DNA of 32,194 bases from Sandaracinaceae bacterium (GCA_044220955.1 JBGAQA010000023.1:36228-68421), one strand, 5' to 3'. Counted from the stretch's first letter, positions 1 to 8,575 are shown. The notes: generated by a model not told the origin, from the letters alone. A program made the numbers and translations.

Positions 1-12
1 CGGGGGGGGGGT

Positions 13-600
13 GTGCCCCCCGGGGGGGCCGGGCTGGGGCGCCCCCACCCGGGCGCGGCGGGGTGGCACCGCAGGGGCGAGCCGATGGGATCGAAGAACG
101 AGTTCTTTCGAGGACCCGACGTGTTCGTCGTGGTCGGAGCCGAGAAGAAGGAACGGCTCTCGTGGGTGCTCTGGGAGGAGCTGCGCCTGCCCGACGTGGT
201 GATCGAGCTGACCAGCCCGAGCACCCGTGACGAGGACTACGGCAGGAAGAAGGACGTCTACGAGCGCGTCTGGAAGACCGCCGTCTACGTGATCTACGAC
301 CCGGCGACGCATCAGCTCGACGCGTGGGTGCTCGAGGGCGGCCGCTACGCCCCCGCCAGGCGCGACGCGCGCGGGGACGTCGAGGTCGCGATCCTCGGCC
401 TCTCCCTCGGCCTGCGCGACCTGCCGCTCGCGCCCACCCTGCCCGCGCCGAGCCTGCGCTGGATCGACGCCAGCGGTGAGCCGCTCGCGCACTACGACGC
501 GCTCGCCACGCGAGCGCGCGACGCCGAGGCGCGGACGCGCGATGCCGAGGCGCGCGCCGACGCGCTGGCCGCCGAGCTCGAGCGCGTCCGGCGCGGCTGA
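13..600 (+). CDS. Uma2 family (DUF820, PD-(D/E)xK-like) putative endonuclease; 5' end truncated or unreliable
   Basis: FRGPDVFVV...SWVLWEE..LPDVVIELTSPSTRDEDYGRKKDVY...YVIYDP motifs and a C-terminal 'ARDAEARTRDAEARADALAAEL' coiled coil are typical of Uma2 proteins. The first ~85 nt are G/C-run-rich and do not encode the expected N-terminus. Confidence 0.8.
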   Translation: MPPGGAGLGRPHPGAAGWHRRGEPMGSKNEFFRGPDVFVVVGAEKKERLSWVLWEELRLPDVVIELTSPSTRDEDYGRKKDVYERVWKTAVYVIYDPATHQLDAWVLEGGRYAPARRDARGDVEVAILGLSLGLRDLPLAPTLPAPSLRWIDASGEPLAHYDALATRARDAEARTRDAEARADALAAELERVRRG

Positions 601-719
601 TCGCGACCGTCAGCCGGTGCGGCGAGGAGGCAGGCGCTCGATGATGCGGGGATCCATCGAGGTCCGTGCGCGGGCGATACACGCGCGGATCGCCACGTCG
701 AGTCGAAGTCGATCGGTCA

Positions 720-735
720 CATGATCCAGATCATG
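720..735. promoter_or_regulatory. FNR/CRP-family (FNR/DNR/NnrR-like) binding site upstream of nosZ
   Basis: CATGAT-CCAG-ATCATG is a palindrome resembling TTGAT-N4-ATCAA. It is centred ~87 nt upstream of the nosZ ATG, and a near-identical copy lies at 6298-6313. Confidence 0.65.
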
Positions 736-814
736 CGGCGAATCGTCGCGGCGACTACCTCCTGCGCGTTGCGGCCCGCTCCGGTGCCGCCTGTTCCAAA
801 AGTGGAGGCACCCG

Positions 815-2710
815 ATGTCGAAGGACGACACGAAGACGACGACGGACCGAACGGGTCGGCGCAATTTCCTGCGCAGTACGGGGTTGATCGGCGCGGCCGC
901 AGCGGTCGGCTGTGGCACGGCGCCCGAGCCGACGACGGGAGGCACGACGGGGACGCCCACGCCGCCCGAGACCAGCGCCGCGGAGGCGGCGTTCCCGCAC
1001 GTCGCGCCGGGTCAGCTCGACGAGTACTACGGCTTCTGGAGCGGTGGTCAGTCCGGTGAGATCCGCATCCTCGGGCTTCCGTCGATGCGCGAGCTGAAGC
1101 GGATCCCCGTGTTCAACCGCGAGAGCGCGACCGGCCACGGCCTGACCGACTGGTCCAAGCAGGTGATGAACGGGATGAGCTCGGGCGACACGCACCACGT
1201 GCACCTCTCGTACGAGAACGGCACGTACGACGGTCGCTACGTGTACGTGAACGACAAGGCCAACGCGCGCCTCGCGCGCATCCGCATCGACGTGATGGAG
1301 ACCGACGCGATCACGGAGATCCCCAACTCGCAGGGAACGCACGGCATCTTCCCGCAGCGCCACCACACCGGCCTGGTGTTCTGCAACGGCGAGTTCCAGG
1401 TCCCGGTGCCCAACGACGGGACCGTGCTCGACGATCCCACCCAGTACTACGCCCTGCACACCGCGGTCGACGGCGAGACGATGCAGGTCCGCTGGCAGGT
1501 CAAGGTGGAGGGCAACCTCGACCTCTGCGCCACCGACTACCAGGGGAACTACTCGTTCGCGACCTGCTACAACAGCGAGCGCGGCACGCACCTCGAAGAG
1601 ATGATGAGCGCAGAGCAGGACTGGCTCTACGTCTTCAACCTCGCCGAGATCGAGCGCGCCGTGACGGAGGGTCGCACGACCCAGCTCGGCACCTCGACGG
1701 TGCCGGTGGTCGACGGCACCGGCGACACGAACCCCTGCGTCCTGAAGATCCCGGTCGCCAAGAGCCCGCACGGCGTGAACATCGACCCGACCGGGCACTA
1801 CGCGGTGGTCGCCGGCAAGCTGTCCCCGACGGCGTCGGTGATCGACATCACGAAGCTGGCGGACGCCTTCGCGCGGACGATCCAGCCGAACGAGTGCGTC
1901 GTCGCGCAGCCGGAGCTCGGGCTCGGGCCGCTCCACACGGCGTTCGACGGCCGGGGCAACGCCTACACGTCGATCTTCATCGACTCGAACATCACGAAGT
2001 GGAACATCGACGCCGCGATCCGCGCGCACGCGGGTGAGGAAGTCGAGTACGTCGTCGACCGCTGCGACGTCCAGTACCAGGTCGGCCACACGAACGCGTC
2101 GATGAGCGAGACGCGCGAGGCGGACGGCCGGTGGTTGGTCGCGCTCTGCAAGTTCTCGAAGGACCGCTTCCTCAACGTCGGCCCGCTGAAGCCCGAGAAC
2201 GATCAGCTGATCAACATCTCCGGCGAGCACATGCAGCTCGTGCACGATGGTCCGACCTTCTCGGAGCCGCACGACGCGGTCATCGTGCGGGCGGACCTCA
2301 TCCACCCGACGAGCATCCAGAACCGCCAGCACCCGCGCTTCGCGATGTACGAGCAGTGGGCGACCGAGGACGGGATCAACCTGCTCGCCGACAGTCGCGT
2401 CATCCGCAAGAGCGACAACGAGGTGCGGATCTACATCACGAGCCACGCGCCGAGCTTCGCCCTGACCGAGCTCACGGTGAAGACCGGCGACCGCGTCCAG
2501 GTGATCGCGACGAACCTGGACGACGTCGAGGATCTGAGCCATGGATTCTGCGTGTCGCGACACGACGTCTGCATGGTGATGAACCCCCGCGACACGAACA
2601 GCGTCACGTTCACGGCGGGCGCCCCGGGCGTCTACTGGTACTATTGTCCCTGGTTCTGTCACGCGCTCCACCTCGAGATGCGCGGGCGACTGTTCGTCGA
2701 GCCGCGCTGA
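815..2710 (+). CDS. nosZ: Nitrous oxide reductase, Tat-dependent (clade I type)
   Basis: Tat motif GRRNFL; YYGFWSGGQSGE..ILGLPSMREL.RIPVFN; CuZ histidines in DTHH, GTHG, SPHG, PLH, VGH and EPHD; CuA site SHGF...CPWFCHALHLEM; SD GGAGG at ~803-807. Confidence 0.98.
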   Translation: MSKDDTKTTTDRTGRRNFLRSTGLIGAAAAVGCGTAPEPTTGGTTGTPTPPETSAAEAAFPHVAPGQLDEYYGFWSGGQSGEIRILGLPSMRELKRIPVFNRESATGHGLTDWSKQVMNGMSSGDTHHVHLSYENGTYDGRYVYVNDKANARLARIRIDVMETDAITEIPNSQGTHGIFPQRHHTGLVFCNGEFQVPVPNDGTVLDDPTQYYALHTAVDGETMQVRWQVKVEGNLDLCATDYQGNYSFATCYNSERGTHLEEMMSAEQDWLYVFNLAEIERAVTEGRTTQLGTSTVPVVDGTGDTNPCVLKIPVAKSPHGVNIDPTGHYAVVAGKLSPTASVIDITKLADAFARTIQPNECVVAQPELGLGPLHTAFDGRGNAYTSIFIDSNITKWNIDAAIRAHAGEEVEYVVDRCDVQYQVGHTNASMSETREADGRWLVALCKFSKDRFLNVGPLKPENDQLINISGEHMQLVHDGPTFSEPHDAVIVRADLIHPTSIQNRQHPRFAMYEQWATEDGINLLADSRVIRKSDNEVRIYITSHAPSFALTELTVKTGDRVQVIATNLDDVEDLSHGFCVSRHDVCMVMNPRDTNSVTFTAGAPGVYWYYCPWFCHALHLEMRGRLFVEPR

Positions 2711-2715
2711 ACCTC

Positions 2716-2749
2716 CGGCGTGCGCGACCGTTCGGGCTCGCGCACGCCG
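2716..2749 (+). terminator. Stem-loop directly after nosZ (partial terminator or mRNA-stabilising hairpin)
   Basis: Perfect 12-bp inverted repeat CGGCGTGCGCGA / TCGCGCACGCCG with a 10-nt loop, 5 nt after the nosZ stop. Only a weak U-tract (CTCTTT) follows. Confidence 0.55.
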
Positions 2750-2770
2750 CTCACCTCTTTGCGAGTCGTC

Positions 2771-4963
2771 ATGTCTGGGACACGCCTGAGCTCGGGGGGG
2801 CTCCTCCTCCTCGCGCTGCTGTCTTGTGGTGGTGCGCCCAGGGTCGCATTCGCGCAGTACGGGGCCGCGCCTACGCGGCTCGACTGCGCGACGATGCCTT
2901 GCACGGACGTGCTCCCTGGCGCGGTGCGCTTCGCGAGGGAGGAGGGACACGCCTTCGACACCGGCTACGACGCCGCGGGCGCCGTGGTCGGCTGGGTCGG
3001 GCTCACGAACGAGCTCGTGGACGTCGTGGCCTACTCGGGCCACCCGGTGATCATACTCTTCGGGCTGGACGCCTCGGGCGTCATCACGGGCACGCACCTC
3101 GAGCACCACAGCGAGCCCATCCTCCTCGCCGGGATCCCCGTCTCCGAGCTCGTCGCGTTCATCGCGTTCTACCGCGGTCATCGCGCCGACGAGCACATCA
3201 CCGTCGGAGGCGCCGCGCGCGACGAAGACTCGGTCACGATCACGCGGACCGCGCACGAGGAGGGCGAGGAAGGGCAGGAGCACGAGGAGCACGAGGAGCA
3301 GCTCCGCTTCTCGGCGGTCGACGTCATCAGCGGGGCGACCGTCACCGCTCTGGCTGCCAACCGCACGATCCTCGACGCCGCGCGCGTCGTCGGCCGGAGC
3401 GTCGGCGCCATCCCTCTGACCACCGAGCGCACCGGGCGCTTCGTCGCCGAGGGCGAGCCGTGGACGTGGGCCCGGATGACGCAGGAGGGCGTGTTCGGAC
3501 GCCTCACCGTCTCCGAGCGGCAGATGGACTCCGACTCCGACGCGACGTTCATGGACCTCTGGTTCACGATCGCGGACGCGCCCGCGATCGGCAGCGCCCT
3601 GATCCCGCCCGGAGACTACGCGTACCTCCTCGCGCGGCTGCACCCGGGCGAGCACCTGCTCGTGGTGCTCGGTAACGGGACGAGCTCGTTCAAGGGATCG
3701 GGCTTCGTGCGCGGCGGCATCTTCGACCGCGTCCGCCTCGAGCAGGGGCTCGGCGAGATCCAGTTCCGCGACACGGACTACATGAACCTGCCGCGCCTCT
3801 GGGCGGCCGACGCTCCGCGCTTCCACGAGGGTGCGGTCTTCATCACGCGCGACGGGCACCTCGACCCGGGCTCGCCCTTCTCGCTCGTGTTCCTCGGGAG
3901 CCGTCACGGGCACGGCCTCGATCGCGAGTTCCGCTCGTTCTCCGCGACCCACACGCTCCCGACGAGCGTCTACCAGCTCGACGAGGAACCGGAGGAGCTC
4001 TCGGTCTGGCGGCAGGCATGGCGAAACCACGCCGTCGACGTGACCGTGCTCTCGATCTGGCTGCTGATCGTCACCGCGATCTTCGCGGCGCGCCGCCACA
4101 CGTTCCGGCGCCTCGAGAGGCTCAAGCGCCTGCACCTCGCCAGCATGGTCGTCTCGTTCGCGCTCGTCGGTCTGCACCTGCGGGCGCAGCCCTCCGTCAC
4201 GCAGATGCTCACGCTCATCGACGGATTCGTGCACGGCATCCGCGGAGAGCTCTTCCTCTCCGAGCCGCTCCTCTTCGTCCTCTGGATCTTCATCGCGGTG
4301 ACCTCGCTCGTCTTCGGGCGCGGCGTCTTCTGCGGCTGGGTCTGCCCGTACGGCGTGATGAGCGAGCTCACCCACAAGCTCGGCGCGGTGCTGAAGGTGA
4401 AGCCGCGCGAGCTGCCGGAGCGCGTCCACCGCTCGCTGCGCTACGTGCGCTACGGAGTGCTCGGCGTCCTGATCGTGGTCTTCCTGGTGTCCCCGGCCGC
4501 GGGTGAGCGCGCCGCCGAGATCGAGCCCTTCAAGTCGACCTTCCTCGTCCCGTTCTGGACCCGGGAGTGGTTCTTCGGGGCCTGGTGGCTCGTCCTCTTC
4601 GGGCTCTCGCTCGTGACGTGGCGCCCCTTCTGTCGGTACCTCTGTCCGATGGGCGCGGGCCTGGCCGTCTTCAACAGCTTCCGCGTCGCGGGCCCCAAGC
4701 GGCGTCGCTACTGCTCGCACTGCAAGATCTGCCAGCGAGGCTGCGAGCCCAAGGCGATCGCGGACGACGGGACGATCGACGCGCGCGAGTGCCTCAACTG
4801 CATGGAGTGCGAGGCGACCTACCACGAGGAGACCGTGTGCCCGCCCCTCGTCGGGATCGACCGCCTCCTGCAGAAGAAGGACCGGACGCCGAAGGACGTC
4901 GAGAAGCTCGCGCAGCTCGAGAAGGAGAAGGAGGCCATCGGATGGCACGCTCCGCGGCGCTGA
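2771..4963 (+). CDS. nosR: NosR/NirI family membrane FMN/Fe-S protein
   Basis: Flavinylation motif VDVISGATVT; SFKGSGFVRGGIFDR; TM helices; CX3CP motifs FCGWVCP and FCRYLCP; ferredoxin motifs CSHCKIC...C and ECLNCMEC. Start placed at ATG 2771, after the hairpin, rather than GTG 2720. Confidence 0.93.
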   Translation: MSGTRLSSGGLLLLALLSCGGAPRVAFAQYGAAPTRLDCATMPCTDVLPGAVRFAREEGHAFDTGYDAAGAVVGWVGLTNELVDVVAYSGHPVIILFGLDASGVITGTHLEHHSEPILLAGIPVSELVAFIAFYRGHRADEHITVGGAARDEDSVTITRTAHEEGEEGQEHEEHEEQLRFSAVDVISGATVTALAANRTILDAARVVGRSVGAIPLTTERTGRFVAEGEPWTWARMTQEGVFGRLTVSERQMDSDSDATFMDLWFTIADAPAIGSALIPPGDYAYLLARLHPGEHLLVVLGNGTSSFKGSGFVRGGIFDRVRLEQGLGEIQFRDTDYMNLPRLWAADAPRFHEGAVFITRDGHLDPGSPFSLVFLGSRHGHGLDREFRSFSATHTLPTSVYQLDEEPEELSVWRQAWRNHAVDVTVLSIWLLIVTAIFAARRHTFRRLERLKRLHLASMVVSFALVGLHLRAQPSVTQMLTLIDGFVHGIRGELFLSEPLLFVLWIFIAVTSLVFGRGVFCGWVCPYGVMSELTHKLGAVLKVKPRELPERVHRSLRYVRYGVLGVLIVVFLVSPAAGERAAEIEPFKSTFLVPFWTREWFFGAWWLVLFGLSLVTWRPFCRYLCPMGAGLAVFNSFRVAGPKRRRYCSHCKICQRGCEPKAIADDGTIDARECLNCMECEATYHEETVCPPLVGIDRLLQKKDRTPKDVEKLAQLEKEKEAIGWHAPRR

Positions 4964-6276
4964 TCGGCCTGACCCTCGCGATGCTTGCCCCCGCGCCCGT
5001 GCGCGCCGAGACGCTGCGCCTCGGTGTCGATGCGCCGACGCTCGCCGACGCGCTGAGCGCCGCCGCCGACGGCGACGAGATCGTGCTCCCGGCCGGCACC
5101 TGGGCCGGTGGCGTGCGGATCGAGCGACCGATCACGCTGCGTGGCGAGCCCGGCGCCATCGTCGACGGCGGCGGCGTCGGGACGGTGATCGAGGTGCTCG
5201 CCCCCGACGTCACCCTGCGCGACCTCGAGATCCGCGGCTCCGGCAACGCGATGACGAACGCGCGGACGAACGTGGACGCGTGCATCTGGACGGCGCCGAG
5301 CGCGCTTCGCGTGCAGGTGATCGACGACGTGCTCCCCGACTGCCTGTTCGGCATCTACGTCCAGCGCTCGGATCACGCGCTGGTGTCGGGAAACACCGTG
5401 CGCGGGCGGGCGCACCTGCGCGAGGCGGACAGGGGCAACGGCATCCACGTGTTCGACGCGTCGTTCGTGACGGTGGAGGGCAACGACATCGAGGACGCAC
5501 GGGACGGTCTCTACGTCTCGGCGGCCGACGACTGCGTGTTCGAGCGGAACACGATCCGTCGGGTTCGCTACGCCATCCACTACATGTGGTCGCACCGGAA
5601 CGTGCTGCGGGGCAACGAGACCACCGACTCGCTCGTCGGCTTCGCGCTCATGCAGAGCCACGACCTGCTCGTCGAGGACAACCGCATCGCACGGAACCGG
5701 CGCGCCGGACTGCTGCTGCGCGACGGCGAGCGCAGCGTGTACCGCCACAACCAGGTCGTGGCGAACGGCAGCGGCGTGTTCGTCTACAACTCGCAGCACG
5801 AGCGGCTCGAGGAGAACCTGGTCGCCCACAACGACGTCGGCCTGCGCGTCTGGGGGGCGATGGTGGTCGACGGCGTGTTCACCGGAAACGCGGTCGTCGG
5901 CAACGCGGAGCAGATCTTCTACTTCGGCAACAGAGACCTCGGGTGGGGCGTTGACCAGCCGGGGAACCACTACAGCGACTACCTCGGCTGGGACCAGGAC
6001 GACGACGGCATCGGCGACCGGCCCTATCGGGTGGACAACCTCACGGCGAGCCTCCTGCATCGTTTCCCGCCCGCGGTGCTCCTGTTGCGCAGCCCCGCCC
6101 TCGAGCTCCTCTCTCACATGGAGGAGCGGCTGCCCATCTTCCGCGTCCACACGGTCACCGACTACGCGCCTCGGATCGCCCCGACTCCGTCCCTGGCGGA
6201 CATCCCGGAGCTCGAGCGAGGACGTCGAACCGACGATCCCCGGCCGTCCTCGGACGCCGAGATGGGGTCGATGTGA
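4942..6276 (+). CDS. nosD: Nitrous oxide reductase maturation periplasmic beta-helix protein
   Basis: ATG 4942 has SD AAGGAGG and overlaps the nosR end; signal peptide; DRGNGIH, RDGLY, RYAIHYMWS, GFALMQS and GNHYSDYLGWDQDDDGIGDRPYR motifs. The ORF-track start at 4567 lies inside nosR and was rejected. Confidence 0.95.
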   Translation: MARSAALIGLTLAMLAPAPVRAETLRLGVDAPTLADALSAAADGDEIVLPAGTWAGGVRIERPITLRGEPGAIVDGGGVGTVIEVLAPDVTLRDLEIRGSGNAMTNARTNVDACIWTAPSALRVQVIDDVLPDCLFGIYVQRSDHALVSGNTVRGRAHLREADRGNGIHVFDASFVTVEGNDIEDARDGLYVSAADDCVFERNTIRRVRYAIHYMWSHRNVLRGNETTDSLVGFALMQSHDLLVEDNRIARNRRAGLLLRDGERSVYRHNQVVANGSGVFVYNSQHERLEENLVAHNDVGLRVWGAMVVDGVFTGNAVVGNAEQIFYFGNRDLGWGVDQPGNHYSDYLGWDQDDDGIGDRPYRVDNLTASLLHRFPPAVLLLRSPALELLSHMEERLPIFRVHTVTDYAPRIAPTPSLADIPELERGRRTDDPRPSSDAEMGSM

Positions 6277-6297
6277 GAAAAGATCGCGGACGCCCGA

Positions 6298-6313
6298 CAT
6301 GACCTGGATCAAG
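6298..6313. promoter_or_regulatory. Second FNR/DNR-like box, in the nosD-nosF gap
   Basis: CATGAC-CTGG-ATCAAG has a canonical ATCAA half-site. Its reverse complement CTTGATCCAGGTCATG matches the nosZ box at 14/16 positions. Confidence 0.65.
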
Positions 6314-6354
6314 TGGCGCGGCGCGCCGGTGCGTAGCCCATGCGGGGTCGGACG

Positions 6355-7287
6355 ATGAAGACCCTCGAGCTCCGCGACATCGCCGTTCGCTTCGGGAAGC
6401 TGCAAGCTCTCGGCGGGCTCGATCTGGTTCTCCCCGGCGGCGCCGTGACCCTCATCGCCGGGCCGAACGGCGCGGGGAAGTCGACGCTGATCCGTGTTCT
6501 CTTGGGGCTGGTGCGCCCGGACCGCGGGCGCATCGTCGTGGACGGTCACGAGGTGCGGGTCGATCGTGCGCTGAAGGCGCGCCTCGGCTACCTGCCCGAG
6601 TCGGTGGCGTTCAGCGAGGTCCTGAGCGGGCGCGAGGTGCTCGCGTTCTTCGCCTCCGCGCGAGGCGTGGCGCGGACGCGCATCGCGACGACGCTCGACC
6701 GCGTGGGGCTCTCGGCGGCCGCGGATCGCCCGGTGCGCGACTACTCGCGCGGCATGCGCCAGAGGCTCGGCCTCGGTGTGGCGATCCTCGCCGAGCCCGA
6801 GCTCCTCGTGCTCGACGAGCCGAGCGGCGGCCTCGATCAGGACGGGCTCTCGATTCTCTGGTCGGTGCTCGACGAGTGGCGCTCGGCGGGTCGCATCGTG
6901 CTCCTCGCGAGCCACGAGATCGCGCTGCTCGAGACGCGGGTCGACGCCGTCTGCCTGCTGGCGGACGGTCACGTCGTCGCCAAGGGCACGCCCGCCGAGC
7001 TGAGGCGCAGCGCCTCGCTGCCGCTGCGCATCCACATGCAGCTCGACCAGAACGGCCACGCCGCGTCGGCGCAGGAGCTGCTCTTCTCGCTGCGCCGCGC
7101 GCGGCCCGGAACCGAGATCATTCCGCGCGGGCGCGAGCTCGAGCTGACGATCGGTCAGAGCGAGCTGCTCTCGTTGATCGATCTGGGCGCGCAGCACCCC
7201 GGGGCGCTGACGGACCTGCGCGTGAAGGAGCCACCCTTCGACGAGGTCTACAAGCGGCTCCTCGAGCGCTCGAAGGAGGCCTCATGA
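6355..7287 (+). CDS. nosF: ABC transporter ATP-binding subunit for copper-centre maturation
   Basis: Walker A GPNGAGKS, signature YSRGMRQRLG, Walker B LLVLDEP; lies between nosD and nosY. Start is 6355 or 6340. Confidence 0.92.
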   Translation: MKTLELRDIAVRFGKLQALGGLDLVLPGGAVTLIAGPNGAGKSTLIRVLLGLVRPDRGRIVVDGHEVRVDRALKARLGYLPESVAFSEVLSGREVLAFFASARGVARTRIATTLDRVGLSAAADRPVRDYSRGMRQRLGLGVAILAEPELLVLDEPSGGLDQDGLSILWSVLDEWRSAGRIVLLASHEIALLETRVDAVCLLADGHVVAKGTPAELRRSASLPLRIHMQLDQNGHAASAQELLFSLRRARPGTEIIPRGRELELTIGQSELLSLIDLGAQHPGALTDLRVKEPPFDEVYKRLLERSKEAS

Positions 7288-8081
7288 TGCGCGTCGGACT
7301 CGCGCTCTGCTTCCACGAGTTCCGCGAGCGGACCCGCGATCGCTGGGTGCTGGTGATCAGCGCCCTCTTCGCCTTGCTCGCCAGCGCCGTGGGCCTCTAC
7401 GGGCGCAGCGCCGAGGGCAACGCGGCGGCGCTCACCGGGCCGAGCCTCGTCACCCTCGCCAGCCTCTTCGTGCCCCTCGTCGCGCTCGCCCTCGGCTACG
7501 ACGCGATCGTGGGCGAGCGCGAGCGGAACACGCTCGGACTGCTCCTCTCTCTACCCGTCTCGCGGACCGAGGTCGTGGTGGCGAAGTTCCTCGGACGCGG
7601 GCTGGCGCTCGCGCTCGCGGTGCTCGTGGGCCTCGGCGCCGCGATGCTCGCGGCCGCGGAGGGCGAGGCGCGGACGCTCGCCACCCTGATCGGACCGACG
7701 CTCTTGCTCGGCGTGGCCTTCATGGCGATCGGGATGCTCGTCTCGACGATCGCTCCCCGGCAGTCGGTCGCGACCAGCTTCGTGGTCGTGATCTGGTTCC
7801 TGCTCGTCTTCTTCTACGACCTCGGGCTGCTCGGGCTCCTCGTCGCGACCGACGGGGACGTCTCGCAAGGCCTGATCGCCGGCCTGGTCGTCGCGAACCC
7901 CGCGGGCCTCTACCGCACCGAGCTCATCGCGGCGCTCTCGGGGGCCAACGCGCTCGCCGACCTCGGGCTCGTCGCTTCGCTGCCCGGTCCCGCGGCCACG
8001 GCCGCGATCTGGGCGGCATGGATCGTCGGGCCCGTCGGCCTCTCCGCGGCGATCCTCTCGCTCGGAAGGGCTTTTCGATGA
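7284..8081 (+). CDS. nosY: ABC transporter permease
   Basis: ATGA overlap with nosF and SD AAGGAGG; multi-TM; LGYDAIVGERERNTLGLLLSLPVSR..VVVAKFLG and WFLLVFFYDLGLL motifs. Confidence 0.92.
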   Translation: MMRVGLALCFHEFRERTRDRWVLVISALFALLASAVGLYGRSAEGNAAALTGPSLVTLASLFVPLVALALGYDAIVGERERNTLGLLLSLPVSRTEVVVAKFLGRGLALALAVLVGLGAAMLAAAEGEARTLATLIGPTLLLGVAFMAIGMLVSTIAPRQSVATSFVVVIWFLLVFFYDLGLLGLLVATDGDVSQGLIAGLVVANPAGLYRTELIAALSGANALADLGLVASLPGPAATAAIWAAWIVGPVGLSAAILSLGRAFR

Positions 8082-8575
8082 AGCGGCGCCTCCTTCTGCA
8101 GCTCCTCGTCGTCTCGCTCGCGGCCTGCTCCGGCGCCGCGAGCGCGCCGGAGGGCGCGGCCGCCTCGCCCGAGCCCATCGCCGATCACGAGTGCGGAACG
8201 TGCGGCATGATCGTCCGCGAGCAGGTCTCGCCGCGCGCGCAGATCGTTCACCGCGACGGGACCCGCGAGTGGTTCTGCTCGATGGCCGACGTGGTGGCGT
8301 ATCTCGGCTCGCCGTCTGCCCACGGGCGAATCGAGCACGTGTGGGTCGAGGCGCTCCCGGCCGACGTCGATCCCGCGTCCGGCGACGCGTCGGAGCGACC
8401 CTGGATCCAGGCGGACGACGCCTTCTTCGTGATCGGCTTCGAGCGCGTCGGCGTCATGGGAACACCCGTGCTCGCGTTCGCGAGCGAGGCCGAGGCGAAC
8501 GGCGCGGCAACGCGCCTGCACGCGCGCGCACTGCGATGGACCGAGGTCGTCACGACGCTCGGCGGGATCCCGTGA
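8078..8575 (+). CDS. nosL: Copper chaperone lipoprotein NosL
   Basis: ATGA overlap with nosY; lipobox LAAC; CGTCGM, WFCS and GVMG motifs characteristic of NosL. Confidence 0.9.
   Translation: MKRRLLLQLLVVSLAACSGAASAPEGAAASPEPIADHECGTCGMIVREQVSPRAQIVHRDGTREWFCSMADVVAYLGSPSAHGRIEHVWVEALPADVDPASGDASERPWIQADDAFFVIGFERVGVMGTPVLAFASEAEANGAATRLHARALRWTEVVTTLGGIP

Noticed and set aside
1..90. G/C homopolymer-rich start of the window as a G-quadruplex or regulatory element
   Set aside because: It replaces the expected Uma2 N-terminus at the window edge and looks like low-quality contig-end sequence.
13..600. Uma2 nuclease as evidence that the nos cluster is a mobile island
   Set aside because: Uma2 genes are abundant stand-alone paralogs in myxobacteria. 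No integrase, transposase, tRNA or flanking direct repeats were seen.
815..2710. NosZ as clade II or a cytochrome-fused NosZ
   Set aside because: Tat signal, CxWFCHALH CuA motif, no C-terminal CxxCH extension, and nosR present.
755..4948. 1397-aa minus-strand ORF
   Set aside because: Antisense shadow of nosZ/nosR caused by high-GC codon bias; no motifs.
4819..7197. 792-aa minus-strand ORF
   Set aside because: Antisense to nosD/nosF; no recognisable domain.
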